DNA of 64,000 bases from Octopus vulgaris (lineage: Eukaryota): the NCBI GenBank assembly GCA_951406725.2, contig OX597841.1, positions 26,970,001-27,034,000 of the forward strand, written 5' to 3'. Shown in pieces: positions 1 to 13,715 of the stretch. A model generated the notes under the pieces. That model did no database searches. It was given only the letters and a program-made list of their open reading frames with translations, and was not told the origin of the DNA. The position numbers and the translations under genes were made by a program. Position 1 is the stretch's first letter. Each line of letters begins with the position of its first letter.

Positions 1-24
1 TTATGCTTAACATCGAAAAGGCTT

Positions 25-200
25 TCAGATCCCGCCGAGGTTGACTTCGCCTTTCATCCTTTCGGGGTCGATAAATTAAATACCAGTTGCGTACTGTGGG
101 GCCGATCTAATCGACTGCCCCCCCCCCCCCGGCAACGCCCCAAAAACATTTCGGGGCATCCTTTACAGAGGCCCAAGTCGGCGGGAAAAAGAGTGTCCAC
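25..200 (+). mobile_element. SINE family C (Meta-domain-like) partial copy
   Basis: ccgccgaggttgacttcgcctttcatcctttcggggtcgataaattaaataccag matches many other copies in the window and resembles the Meta-SINE central domain. Confidence 0.7.
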
Positions 201-245
201 ATGAGGAAAACCAAGTGAGCTGACATGGAGGTTGTCATGCAGATG

Positions 246-417
246 AGATATATATATATATATATATATATACGGTTAGGATTTATACATACATACATAC
301 ATAAATATATATACATATATATATTTGTGTGTGTGTGTGTGTGCGTGTATTTTTTACTTTCTCAATCGTTTCAGCCATGCGGTTGCAGTTATGCTGGAGC
401 ACCACCGTATGTGTGTA

Positions 418-449
<32 letters not shown>

Positions 450-920
450 CACATATAAATATATATACATATATAAATATACACATATAAATATATATAC
501 ATATATAAATATATATACATATATATACATACATATATAAATATATATACATATATATATATACACATATGAATATATATATACATATAAATATATATAT
601 ACATATATAAATATATATATGTGTATACACATATATATATATATATACACATATATATAAATATATATAAATATATACACATACATACGCAAACATAAAT
701 ACATACATATATATACATACATATATACATACATATATAAACATATATAAATATACATATATATACATTTATATATATAAATATATACATATATATAAAT
801 ATATATTTATACATATATATATAAATATATATAGTTATATATAAATATATATACATATATATATAAATATATACATATATATATACATAAATATATATAC
901 ATACATATATATATATATAT
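246..920. repeat. (TA)n/(TACA)n compound microsatellite region
   Basis: Nearly pure TA/CA dinucleotide variants; source of the YI-repeat ORFs. Confidence 0.95.
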
Positions 921-1333
921 CTTCTTTAATTCTTTCCATTATTTCACGCATTAGACTGCGACCATGCTAGGGCACCACCTCGAAGGGTTCTCCCGAGAAA
1001 GTGGACTCCAGTACTGACTACTTGTGTTTAAGAGCCTGTTGTTTATTGTCGGTCTCTTTTTGACAGACAACTACCTTACAAGGACGCAAACAAGCCAACA
1101 CCGCCTAAGATGCCACGCAGTGGGACCGCAAACTTGTAGCACAAATGCATAAGAATTTAGAATCCTTCAGAGAATACGAAGTTGTTCTTCTTTTGAATGG
1201 CTTAACTCGAAGCAGATAACGCTACAACTAATATAAGTATATTTTACCCTGTTTAATCAGTATTCTTTATAGCCTTATCCTCTTCCAGTTTAACCGTATC
1301 AAAGGAGATTTATACTTATACACACACACACTG

Positions 1334-1388
<55 letters not shown>

Positions 1389-1391
1389 ATG

Positions 1392-1422
<31 letters not shown>

Positions 1423-1678
1423 ATAAAACGACATATTCGTATGGATGAGTGTGCCTTATTATGCGTACATATTTCTATATATGATATGCAGTTAAAGCAA
1501 ACTTCGAAGTCCCTGTCGAATGAGTATCATAAATAGATTTTACTCGATGAAATGTAATTAGTCCTATGATTTCTTAACTATCTATTCTTTAATTAGCTAT
1601 TGAAAAACCTCAAATAATACATACATACGTATATGTGTGTGTGTATGTATATATATATATATGTGTATGTATATATAC

Positions 1679-1746
<68 letters not shown>

Positions 1747-1869
1747 GTGTGCGTGTATATATATATATATTAGTCCTGTAGAAGCTCCTTCTATATAATA
1801 AATTAATTTTACTCTGCTATGTATTGAGTACCTTCTTTACTGTGGTTAACCCCGAATCAACCCGGGACC

Positions 1870-1920
<51 letters not shown>

Positions 1921-2162
1921 GCATTCACACATACATGCATACAATCATACGTACATTGATATACATCATATGCAGGTGTGAGGACACACAGACACACACA
2001 CGTATATAGATGGATAAATATATAGATATTTGTGTGAGTGTCTGTGTGTGCGTCTGTATGTATGTGTAAATATATATATATATGTATGTGTATATATATA
2101 TATGTGTGTGTGTGTGTGTACGTGTGTACATGTATGTATGTGTAAATATATATATATGTATG

Positions 2163-2280
<118 letters not shown>

Positions 2281-2477
2281 AGTATGTATGTATGTATGCA
2301 TTCTATTGTGTCTGGGGAGAATCACAAATGAAAAAGCGAAATATATATATATATATACATATAGACTTTTGTTTTTTTATGTTAAGGTAAAAACAATTTT
2401 TCGTTAAGCTGAAGGAATATTCAGTGCATTTGATAAACAACAAATTTAAAAGACTACTCCAACAAAAAATATTATTC

Positions 2478-2524
2478 GAATAGTGACATCGAAGTTTCGG
2501 CCATGCAACCCGTCATCGGACCGT
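2478..2524 (-). ncRNA. Minimal hammerhead-ribozyme-like motif (CCGATGA core)
   Basis: Reverse complement reads acggt-CCGATGA-cgg..gcc-GAAA-cttcgatg-TC-actat; helix I imperfect. Confidence 0.4.
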
Positions 2525-2586
2525 CCCATGATAGCTTAACAGAGCAAAACTTTCAACTCACCGTCAATACAGTTTTTGTTACAAAC

Positions 2587-2627
<41 letters not shown>

Positions 2628-2649
2628 GTATGTATATATATATATGTTC

Positions 2650-2830
2650 TTTTATTCTTTTACTAGTTTCACTCATCCGACACCACCCATGCTGGAGCAC
2701 CGCCTTGAGCGGGTATTTTAATCGAACAAATCGAACCCTGGGACTTATCGCTTTTATAAAGCCTAGTACCTGTTCTATCAGTTGCATTTGCTGAACCGCT
2801 AAGTTACGGCGACGATAACAAACCAGGACA
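2650..2830 (-). mobile_element. SINE family A 3' part, diverged
   Basis: catgctggagcaccgcc...gaaccgctaagttacgg matches the family A tail. Confidence 0.7.
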
Positions 2831-3092
2831 ATTACAGAGACGACACACACACACGTTATTATTATTATTATTATTATTATTTCTCTACTTTCTATTATAT
2901 ATATCCCCTGTTACATCCTTTTATGTGATAATATTTCCCCTTAACTAATCTTAACCCCACGTTTTTGTAATTTCCTTTGAGCCGTAACTCTCCCTTCGAT
3001 ATTGTCCTCCATATGTTGGGCCCTTTTGGCCAATAAAAGAAAGCATTATTACTATTATTATTATTATTATTATTATCATCATTATCATCAAC

Positions 3093-3235
3093 CTGAGTTC
3101 AAATTCCGCCGAGGTCGACTTTGCCTTTCATCATTTCGGGGTCGATGAATTAAGTACCAGTTACGCACTGGGGTCGATGTCATCGACTGGCCCCCTACCC
3201 CTAATTTTCAGGCCTTGTACCTAGAGTAGAAAGAA
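3093..3235 (+). mobile_element. SINE family C partial copy
   Basis: ctgagttcaaattccgccgaggtcgactttgcctttcatc...; flanked by (ATT)n. Confidence 0.8.
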
Positions 3236-3249
3236 TTATTATTATTATT

Positions 3250-3280
<31 letters not shown>

Positions 3281-3310
3281 TTTATAATAATCATCAGGAA
3301 TTTAACCTAC

Positions 3311-3341
<31 letters not shown>

Positions 3342-3609
3342 TACACACACACATACACACACACACACATACACACACACACATACATACACACACAATA
3401 CATACACACACACATACACACACATACATACACACACACATACACACACATACATACATACACACACATCTAGAATGTATGTTATGTGTGTGTGTGTACA
3501 CATAACTCTGAATACTGATTGTTTATGATAAGAAAGTGTAACATTAAATGTACACACACACACACACACATACACATACACACGCATACGCACATTCATA
3601 CAAGCATAC

Positions 3610-4560
3610 GCACACAGTTTCTTAAGCACTCTTACTTACACACACATACACACTCTTAAGCACACTCACTCACTCTCTCTCTCTCTCACACACACGCATA
3701 CATGCATACACACTCACACATACATGCACACACATATATGTACACACACACAAATACATACACACACACTCTTAAGAACTCTCTCTCACATACACACAGA
3801 CATACACACATATATATATACATACATACACACTCATATATACACACAGATACACACTCTTAAGCACACTCACTCTCTCTCACACACACGCATACATGCA
3901 TACACACTCACACATACATGCACACACATATATGTACACACACACAAATACATACATACACACACTCTTAAGCACTCTCTCTCTCTCTCACACACACAGA
4001 CATACACATATATATATACATATATACACACTCATATATACACACACATACACACTCTTAAGCAAACTCACTCTCTCTCTCTCACACACGCATACATGCA
4101 TACACACTCACACATACATGCACACACATATATGTACACACACACAAATACATACATACACACACTCTTAAGAACTCTCTCTCTCACACACACACAGACA
4201 TACATACACACATACATATACATACATACATACATTCACACTTTCTCATACACACACATACATACGTACACACACACATATACATACATACACACTCTTT
4301 AGCACTTAAGCATCTCGCTCACGCACATACATACACACTCATATATATACACACACACACTTAAGCACTCTCTCTCACACACATACATACATACACACAT
4401 ACACACACACACACACACTTAAGCACTTTCTCTCCCACTCTCACACACACACACATACACACACACACTCTCTTAAGCACTCTTTCTCATATATACACAC
4501 ATACATACGTACACATACATACATACACACACACACACTCTTAAACACTCACACAAACAC
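3610..4560. repeat. CA-rich minisatellite with recurring cacactcttaagcac motif
   Basis: Motif ctcttaag(c/a)ac recurs more than 10 times; higher-order unit of about 200 bp. Confidence 0.85.
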
Positions 4561-4853
4561 ACATACAGAACATCTACAAGAACGGCGCAAGACAGTAAAG
4601 AACGGGTTAATCCGACCACTGGGATCGAACCCTGCATCTATCTAATACAGACGACCCTGTTTCTGCACCAGACTTCACATATGACACAAATACGCACCCT
4701 CCTTACACATAGTTATATACTATCGGTGCATCGATGATAGCGATGATGATGATGATAATCGTGATGGTGATAACATTTCTAGCGTGTGTGAAAGATCTGG
4801 AAATACTTTTAAATAGTTTGTGTCTGGTACGTGCGGGTGTGTTTATACGTATG

Positions 4854-4889
<36 letters not shown>

Positions 4890-4961
4890 GGACACACATA
4901 CACACGGGTGTACGTAGTTATATACATGTAATGCGCACAATATACTGACTACGTGTGTGTG

Positions 4962-5007
<46 letters not shown>

Positions 5008-5016
5008 CATACACAC

Positions 5017-5047
<31 letters not shown>

Positions 5048-5156
5048 CATACACACTTATATATATACACAAACACACACGCATATGTGTGTGTGTGTAT
5101 ACCCGTACAGAAACGGGTATTTGTATTAATAGTTACATAAGTAGGCAGACAAACTT

Positions 5157-5172
5157 AGATAGATAGACAGGT

Positions 5173-5218
<46 letters not shown>

Positions 5219-5220
5219 GT

Positions 5221-5277
<57 letters not shown>

Positions 5278-5310
5278 CAGATAGGTAGATAGATGGGTAG
5301 ATAGAAAGAT
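5157..5310. repeat. (TAGA)n microsatellite
   Basis: Direct inspection. Confidence 0.95.
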
Positions 5311-5823
5311 TGACGTGTACATATATATAATACATTTATATGTGTGTGTGTATGTATGTATGTATATATGTATGTATTGAGTAACAGTTAGCACCCATAC
5401 ATACATACATACATACATACATACATACATACATACATGCATACATACATGCTTACGGATAGATAGAGACTGGTTGAGAGATGGACCGAAAGATAAAAGA
5501 TAGACAGACAGACAGACAGATGTATATATATATATATAAACAGACAGACAGATAGATAGATAGATAGATAGATATTGTAGACAGACAAACGGATCGAAAT
5601 ACATACATACATACACATACATACATTCATACATACATACATACATACATACATGCATACATACACAGACGGACAGACGGACAGACTGACCGACACGAAA
5701 CTAGACCAATATACTGCCACTCACCATATAAGTCATTAAGTATCCAGCATTCATTGACCATACGCTGTGGTGTCGCAACCCTGATCGTCTCCGTTGAATT
5801 GGAAAATCCGTATCGCCATTATT

Positions 5824-5876
<53 letters not shown>

Positions 5877-6166
5877 CACTATATTATGTTACTGTATGTA
5901 TATAAGAGTATATGTCCGTAAAGATGAATATATATAGATAGCTATATATATGTGTGTATATGTATATATGAATATATATCTGTTAGTATGTATATATATA
6001 TATATGTATGTGTGTATATATATATAAACCGATGTGTATATATGAGTATATATGCTGTTAGTATTTATAAATAAATATAGGACAGTGCATGTTGAGAGAA
6101 CGAAAGTATATATACGTATGTATATATATGTTTGTGTATGTGAAAAAGTAAATATGTGTGTGTGTT

Positions 6167-6199
<33 letters not shown>

Positions 6200-6210
6200 G
6201 TGTGTGTCTG

Positions 6211-6243
<33 letters not shown>

Positions 6244-6333
6244 ATACAGATGTTTAGACACACATTCGTGTGTTTTGTTTGAGTATATATCTACACGCTT
6301 GTATGTATGTGTGAATCACTATATATGTGTGTG

Positions 6334-6380
<47 letters not shown>

Positions 6381-6454
6381 GTCATTAACAGTGTGTGTGT
6401 GTGTGAGTGTGTGTTGATAGAGAGAGATAGAGAACTGGACAGACAGCTGAAAAA

Positions 6455-6507
<53 letters not shown>

Positions 6508-6622
6508 CGGAGTGACAGACAGTCAGTCAGTCAGTCAGACAGATGGGCAGAATGCACCGTAGGCCTTTTTTCCTGAGTTCGGTTTCCCTCGCCTCAGCTG
6601 TTCTCCCAGTAGTAGTAGTAGC

Positions 6623-6663
<41 letters not shown>

Positions 6664-6859
6664 CGATGAAGGTGCTGCTGCCGCTGCAGATGCTGACGCA
6701 CCTGCTGACGGCGGCGGCGGCGGCGGCGGCGTACCGTAACTTTACTTGTTTAACTAATGTTGTTATCAGAAAGATTATTTATCATTTAGCGTTATCACAT
6801 CTTTTCGCCCTTGTGGTAAATAAATGAACTTATTATTATTATTATTATTATTTTTTCTT

Positions 6860-7532
6860 CCCTACTCTAGGCACAAAGCCCGAAATTTGGGATGGGGAGA
6901 AGGGGCCAGCCGATTAGATCGACCCCCAGTACGCAACTGGTACTTAATATATCGACCCCCGAAAGGATGAAAGGCAAAGTCGACCTCGGCGGAATTTGAA
7001 CTCAGAACGTAAAGACAGATGAAAATAGAAATCTTTTCTACTTTAGGCATAAGGCCCGAAATTTTGGAGCAGTTGGGGTGGGGGAAGTCGATTAGATCGA
7101 CCCAAGTACGCAACTGGTACTTAATTCATCGACCCCCGAAAGGATGAAATGCAAAGTCAACCTCGGCGGAATTTGAACTCAGAACGTAAAGACAGATGAA
7201 AATAGAAATCTTTTCTACTTTAGGCATAAGGCCCGAAATTTTGGAGCAGTTGGGGGGGGAAGTCGATTAGATCGACCCAAGTACGCAACTGGTACTTAAT
7301 TCATCGCCCTAGAATATATGAAAGGCAAAGTCGACCTCGGCGGAATTTGAACTCAGAACGTAAAGACAGATGAAAATAGAAATCTTTTCTACTCTAGGCA
7401 TAAGGCCCGAAATTTTGGAGCAGTGGAGGGGGGAGTCGATTAGATCGACCCAAGTACGCAACTGGTACTTAATTCATCGCCCTAGAAAATATGAAAGGCA
7501 AAGTCGACCTCGGCGGAATTTGAACTCAGAAC

Positions 7533-7563
<31 letters not shown>

Positions 7564-8117
7564 GGCCCGAAATTTTGGAGCAGTGGAGGGGGGAGTCGAT
7601 TAGATCGACCCAAGTACGCAACTGGTACTTAATTCATCGCCCTAGAAAATATGAAAGGCAAAGTCGACCTCGGCGGAATTTGAACTCAGAACGTAAAGAC
7701 AGATGAAAATAGAAATCTTTTCTACTCTAGGCATAAGGCCCGAAATTTTGGAGCAGTGGAGGGGGAGTCGATTAGATCGACCCAAGTACGCAACTGGTAC
7801 TTAATTCATCGCCCTAGAAAATATGAAAGGCAAAGTCGACCTCGGCGGAATTTGAACTCAGAACGTTAAGACAGACAAAATACCTATTTCTTTACTACCC
7901 ACAAGGGGCTAAACACAGAGGGGACAAACAAGGACGGAAAAAAGAATTAAGTCGATTATATCGACTCCAGTGCGTTACTGGTACTTAAATTTATCGACCC
8001 CGAAAGGATGAAAGGCAAAGTCTACCTCGGCGAAATTTGAACTCAGAACGCAACGGCAGACGAAATACGGCTACGCATTTCGCCCGGCGTGCTAACGTTT
8101 CTGCCAGCTCGCCGCTT
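6860..8117 (-). mobile_element. Tandem array of SINE family C units (about 180 bp period)
   Basis: aaggcaaagtcgacctcggcggaatttgaactcagaacg recurs about 7 times head-to-tail; the SINE head (gctggcagaaacgttagcacgccgggcgaaatg on the minus strand) is at about 8075-8115. Confidence 0.9.
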
Positions 8118-8155
8118 TATACAACAATAACAACTACAACAACAATAACAATAAC

Positions 8156-8194
<39 letters not shown>

Positions 8195-8401
8195 TTCTTT
8201 ATTAACCACGAGGGTTTACATTAAGACATTGTGGACAGTACAGGACAAAACAAAGAATGTGTGTATGTAGGGGGTGTTAGGTGAACCCTTATCGGACGGA
8301 TAGTCATGATGGGCATATTAGGCTTCGTATATTTGTACTCTAGTGTCACTCTGATGGCATGCACTGCTCTCTCACTCAATAATAATAATAATGATAATAA
8401 T

Positions 8402-8795
8402 TCTTTTCTACTCTAGACACAAGGCCCGAAATTTTTGGGGATGGGGGCCAGCCAATTAGTTCGACCCTAGTACGTAACTGGTACTTAATTTATCGACCCC
8501 GAAAGGATGATAGGCAAAGTGGACCTCGACGGAATTTGAACCCAGAACGTAACGACAGACGAAATACCTATTTCTTTATTACCCACAAGGGGCTAAACAC
8601 AGAGGGGACAAACAAGGACAGACATAGGTATTAAGTCGATTACATCGACCCCAGTGCGTAACTGGTACTTAATTTATCGACCCCGAAAGGATGAAAAGGC
8701 AAAGTCGACCTCGGCGGAATTTGAACTCGGAACGTAACGGCAGACGAAATACGGCTACGCATTTCGCCCGGCGTGCTAACCACTCTGCCAGCTCG
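8402..8795 (-). mobile_element. SINE family C dimer
   Basis: Two Meta-like cores plus head sequence. Confidence 0.85.
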
Positions 8796-8809
8796 AACGA
8801 TTATTATTA

Positions 8810-8868
8810 TCATTGTTGTTGTAGAGGCTGTTGTTGTTGGTGGTGGTAGTGGTGGTAGCAGTAGTTGT

Positions 8869-8904
<36 letters not shown>

Positions 8905-10073
8905 ATAGTGGTGTTTGTGGTAGCAGTGCAGTAATAGTAGTAGTAGTAGTAACAAGATGTGTTGTTGTTTGTAGAGGCTGTTGTTGTTGGTGGTGGTAGT
9001 AGTAGTAGTAGCAGTATTTGTGTGGTGGTAGTAGTAGAAGTAGTAGTAGTGATGTTTATGGTGCTGGTGGTGGTGGTAGTAGTGGTAGTGGGGGTTATGG
9101 TTGTGGTGGTGTGTTTGTGGGTGGTAGTAGTAGTGGTGGTGGTAGTAGTGGTGGTGGTGGTTATAGTGGTGGTGTTGGTAGTAGTAGTAGTAGTAGTAGT
9201 AGTAGTGATGTTTATGGTGCTGGTGGTGGTGGTAGTAGTGGTAGTGGGGGTTATGGTTGTGGTGGTGTTTGTGGTGGTACTTGTGGTAGCTCAAGTTTGT
9301 GATAGTTTTCAAGTTCTGTGCCACAATTTTAATAATGGTTGTTATTCTCGTTGTTGTTGTTGTTGTAATTTTCATGTTTGTCATTTAACCCTAGGTCAGT
9401 CCTGATCCACTACAAAAAAAAAAAAAAACTACGACGAAAAAAATCAACGGGTTACAAAAAAAAAATGAACAAAAAAAAAGAACAAGAAAAAAATAAAAAA
9501 CAGGAAAAAGAATACAAAAAAAAAAACAGAACACAGGTATTAGCCATCCCTGACCATCCAACCGGACATTTGGTTTACGAAGGATGACAGCAGTTATCAC
9601 GTTAGCTTGGATGCTGGTGGTGGTGGTGTGGTTGTTGTTGTTGGTGGTGGTGGTGGTGTTGTTGTTGTTCTTGGTGGTGGTGATGTTGTTGTTGTTGTTG
9701 GTGGTGGTGTGGTTGTTGTTGTTGTTCTTGGTGGTGGTGGTGTTGTTGTTGGTGGTGGTGTTGTTGTTGTTGTTCTTGGTGGTGGTGGTGTTGTTGTTGG
9801 TGGTGGTGTTGTTGTTGTTGTTGTTCTTGGTGGTGTTGTTGTTGTTGGTGGTGGTGGTGGTGTGGTTGTTGTTTGTGGGTGGTGGTGTTGTGGTGGTGGT
9901 GGTAGTAGTATATAGTGGTGGTGGTGTTGGTGGTAGTAGTAATGGCGGTGGTGGTAGTAGTAGCAGTAGTGGTGGTGGTTGTAGTGTTTGTGGTGGCGGC
10001 GGTAGCTCAAGTTTGTGATAGTTTTCAAGTTCTGTGCCACAATTTTAATCTTACACATTTGGTGGTGTTGGTG

Positions 10074-10104
<31 letters not shown>

Positions 10105-10457
10105 CATGTTTGTCATTTAACCCTAGGTCAGTCCTGATCCACTACAAAAAAAAAAATAACTACGACGAAAAAACAACCGGGGTTACAAAAAAAAAATGAA
10201 CAAAAAAAAAGAACAAGAAAAAAATAACCAAAGAAAAAAAAACATGAAAAAGAATACAAAATAAACACAGAACACAGGTATTCGCCATCCCTGACCATCC
10301 AACCGGACATTTGGTTTACGAAGGATAACAGCAGTTATCACGTTAGCTTGGATGCTGGTGGTGGTGGTGGTGGTGGTGGTGTGGTTGTTGTTGTTGTTGG
10401 TGGTGGTGGTGTTGTTGTTGGTGGTGGGGATGTTGTTGTTGTTCTTGGTGGTGGTGA

Positions 10458-10488
<31 letters not shown>

Positions 10489-10535
10489 GTTGTTGTTGGT
10501 GGTGTTGTTGTTGTTGTTGTTCTTGGTGGTGGTGG

Positions 10536-10566
<31 letters not shown>

Positions 10567-10583
10567 GTTGTTGGTGGTGGTGG

Positions 10584-10614
<31 letters not shown>

Positions 10615-10979
10615 GGTGGTGTTGTTGGTGGTGGTGATGTTGTTGTTTGGTGTTGTTGTTGTTGTTGTTCTTGGTGGTGGTGTTGTTGTTGTTGGTGGTG
10701 GTGGTGGTGTTGTTGTTGGTGGTGGTGTTGTTGTTGTTGTTGGTGGTGGTGGTGTTGTTGTTGTTGGTGGTGGTGTTGTTGTTGGTGGTGGTGATGTTGT
10801 TGTTGTTGTTGTTGTTGTTGTTGGTGGTGGTGTTGTTGTTGTTGTTGTTGGTGGTGGTGGTGTTGTTGTTGGTGGTGGTGTTGTTGTTGTTGTTCTTGGT
10901 GGTGGTGTTGTTGTTGTTGTTGTTGTTGGTGGTGGTGTTGTTGTTGTTGGTGGTGGTGATGTTGTTGTTGGTGGTGGTG

Positions 10980-11011
<32 letters not shown>

Positions 11012-11390
11012 GTTGTTGTTGGTGGTATTGTTGTTGTTCTTGGTGGTGGTGTTGTTGTTGTTGTTGTTGTTCTTGGTGGTGGTGGTGTTGTTGTTGGTGG
11101 TGGTGTTGTTGTTGTTGTTCTTGGTGGTGGTGGTGTTGTTGTTGTTGGTGGTGATGTTGTTGTTGTACTTGGTGGTGGTGGTGTTGTTGTTGTTGTTGTT
11201 CTTGGTGGTGGTGTTGTTGTTGGTGGTGGTGATGTTGTTGTTGGTGGTGTTGTTGTTGTTGGTGGTGGTGGTGTTGTTCTTGGTGGTGGTGATGTTGTTG
11301 TTGGTGGTGTGGTTGTTGTTCTTGGTGGTGGTGTTGTTGTTGGTGGTGGTGATGTTGTTGTTGGTGGTGTTGTTGTTGTTGGTGGTGGTT
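8810..11390. repeat. Long (GTT/GGT/GTA)n trinucleotide low-complexity region with a duplicated ~340 bp unique block
   Basis: Block ggtagctcaagtttgtgatag...gttagcttggatgctgg occurs at about 9285-9617 and 10001-10357. Confidence 0.9.
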
Positions 11391-11541
11391 ATATATATAT
11401 ATATATATATATATACATGCATATATATATTTTTACATATATATATTTACACACATATATATATATATATATATAAATATACACACATGCAAATATATAT
11501 ATTTACATATATATATATATACATGCATAAATGTAAATATT

Positions 11542-11577
<36 letters not shown>

Positions 11578-11634
11578 CATGCAAATATATATATTTACAT
11601 ATATATATATACACATGCATAAATGTAAATATTT

Positions 11635-11679
<45 letters not shown>

Positions 11680-12234
11680 ATATATATATATATATACATA
11701 CATGCATATATGTAAATATTTACACACACACATATACATATATAAATATATAAATATATACATGCTTATATATATATGTTTATATATATATATATATATA
11801 TATATACACGTTTACATATATACATATATAAATATATGCATATATATATGTATATATATATATCTACATATATATATATATTCTGATATCATAACACTTT
11901 AGTTGTCACGTATATACACACACATGAATGCACATGCATACATTCAAACGCGCATACACGTATATATAAACATAGGTATATTTTAAATTGGCTTCTTTCG
12001 AATACGTGTAACTCTATTTACATGCGTCTGCGCACGCGCGTGTGTGTATACCGGATAAGTAGTACAAATAGGATAAACAAAATTTAAAACATGAGTATAC
12101 ACACACACACACACACACATACACACATATACACACTCGCTGCTCCAGTTGTTGACACACGAGCACACACATAGGTATACACACACACACACATATATAT
12201 ATATATGCATTCACATTTATATATATATATATAT

Positions 12235-12433
12235 GTGACCTCGTGTGTACCGTTGGCGATTTTTTTCCCTCTGTCTTCCCTTCTCTGGATCTTTCCTTCT
12301 CCTATGCTTCCGACGAAGAGCTCCGCTCGAAACGTTAAACCCTCCTTCTTTCCTTCTTTCCTGAGCGTCCAATAATACTATATTTGTTCCACGTCCTCGC
12401 GTTGTTGTGTTTTTTGTGCTTTCTTGTTTGGAT

Positions 12434-12437
<4 letters not shown>
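12235..12437 (+). mobile_element. Penelope-like terminal-repeat element, family X, with hammerhead-like motif at 12306-12340
   Basis: Copies at 54990-55210 (-) and 59410-59608 (+); flanked by (TA)n; CCGACGA-a-gag-ctccg-ctc-GAAA-cgtta-aac. Confidence 0.6.
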
Positions 12438-12469
<32 letters not shown>

Positions 12470-12494
12470 GTTTCTACACTTATACATATACACA

Positions 12495-12632
12495 AGTAAG
12501 CATATAAATGCAAAACAAGTTGGCAAAATTAGTACTCGACTACCGAAGGTAGAGCTATATGCTTTTTTATTAAAACTGCAAAAACATCACCAAACTGTTA
12601 CTCAGAATTTCACGTTCCAGTTCGTCGGACAT
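12495..12632 (-). mobile_element. Penelope-like element, family Y, with hammerhead-like motif at 12595-12632
   Basis: Homologous to 54818-54960; reverse complement tgt-CCGACGA-actggaacgt-GAAA-ttctgag-TA-acag. Confidence 0.55.
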
Positions 12633-12699
12633 TTGCGATCAAGACAAGTATATACGCACATTCATATATGTATGTGTATATAAATATATGTTATCTATT

Positions 12700-13011
12700 T
12701 TATTTATGCGCCCTTTTCAAGCCTAGCCAGGTTCATGGGCCTGGTTTCCCGGTTTCTGTGGTGTATGTATTCCTCCCAGCTGGACGGGATGCCAGTCCAT
12801 CGCAGCCGTTACTCAAGAAACAGGAAGAGAGAGTGAGAGAAAGTTGGGGCGAAAGAGTACAACAGGGGTCGCCACAACCCCCTGCCGGAGCCTCGAGGAG
12901 CTTTTAGGTGTTTTCGCTCAATAAACGCACACAACGCCCGGTCTGGGAATCGAAACCGTGATCCTCCGACCGCGAGTCCGCTGCCCTAACCACTGGGCCA
13001 TTGCGCCTCCA
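12700..13011 (-). mobile_element. SINE family B (tRNA-derived head)
   Basis: Minus strand ggaggcgcaatggcccagtggttagg (A box) ... ggtttcgattcc (B box); copies at 26325, 31611 and 47333. Confidence 0.85.
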
Positions 13012-13284
13012 CGTATATACTTATATAGATGTGAATATATACATGCACATGTGGGTACACACACAGACACACACATATGCACAAACATATACGCACACAC
13101 ACATGTATATATGCAAGACTTTCTTCAGATATAAAAGATGGTGGTTAAAAGAAGATACTTTACAATTTTGCTACCAAATAGGTGACCGATCAAAATTGTC
13201 TCTAAATTAATAACAGCACGTGCATACATACATACATACATACATACATACATACATACATACATACATACATACATACATACA

Positions 13285-13715
13285 TACATACATGCATACA
13301 TAACCACTTCTCGTAAAAAGAAATAATGGTGGAATGTCCCAGTGAAGACCAATAAAATGTAAGGACAACAGGCCCGATATAATGATTTGGGATAGAGAAG
13401 AGAAACTGTGCACAGTTGTGGAAATTAGCTGCCCAACGGATGTTAACATAAAGCTGAAGATCAGTGAAAAAGAGAACACCTATGCTGAACTATTGAGAAA
13501 TCTGCAGTTACTCTATACAGATTACAAGTTCAGGTTTATACCTGTAATTATTGGGGCCCTGGGATATGTAGCACACTGCCTAAATACCAATCTTGAGAAG
13601 TTAGGCTTCCCAAAACCGGAAAGGAGAGTGTTAATTAATTCAAAGACTACAGAACCAAAGCTATCAGTGGAACTGTAAAGATCTGTAAAACTTTCCACAA
13701 GTTTATCATTTATGT
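13285..13715 (+). pseudogene. 3' fragment of a non-LTR retrotransposon: restriction-like endonuclease (RLE) domain, R2/R4/NeSL group
   Basis: Frameshifted translation WWNVPVKT/IKCKDNRPDIMIWDREEKLCTVVEISCPTDVNIKLKISEKENTY...FIPVIIGALG carries the RPD..E..K..Y RLE motif. Confidence 0.85.

Noticed and set aside
4590-4680. Minus-strand B-box (ggttcgatccc) tRNA-like segment
   Set aside because: No clear A box or cloverleaf; at most a decayed SINE head
6860-8117. CRISPR-like regular repeats (also 37012-38071, 43051-43652 and 60575-60995)
   Set aside because: Whole units repeat with no unique spacers, there are no cas genes, and the context is eukaryotic
10343-11753. ORFs of 359-374 aa (poly-V/L/G or poly-T/N/Q/H)
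   Set aside because: Open in several frames on both strands because of GTT/GGT repeats; no domain or splice context
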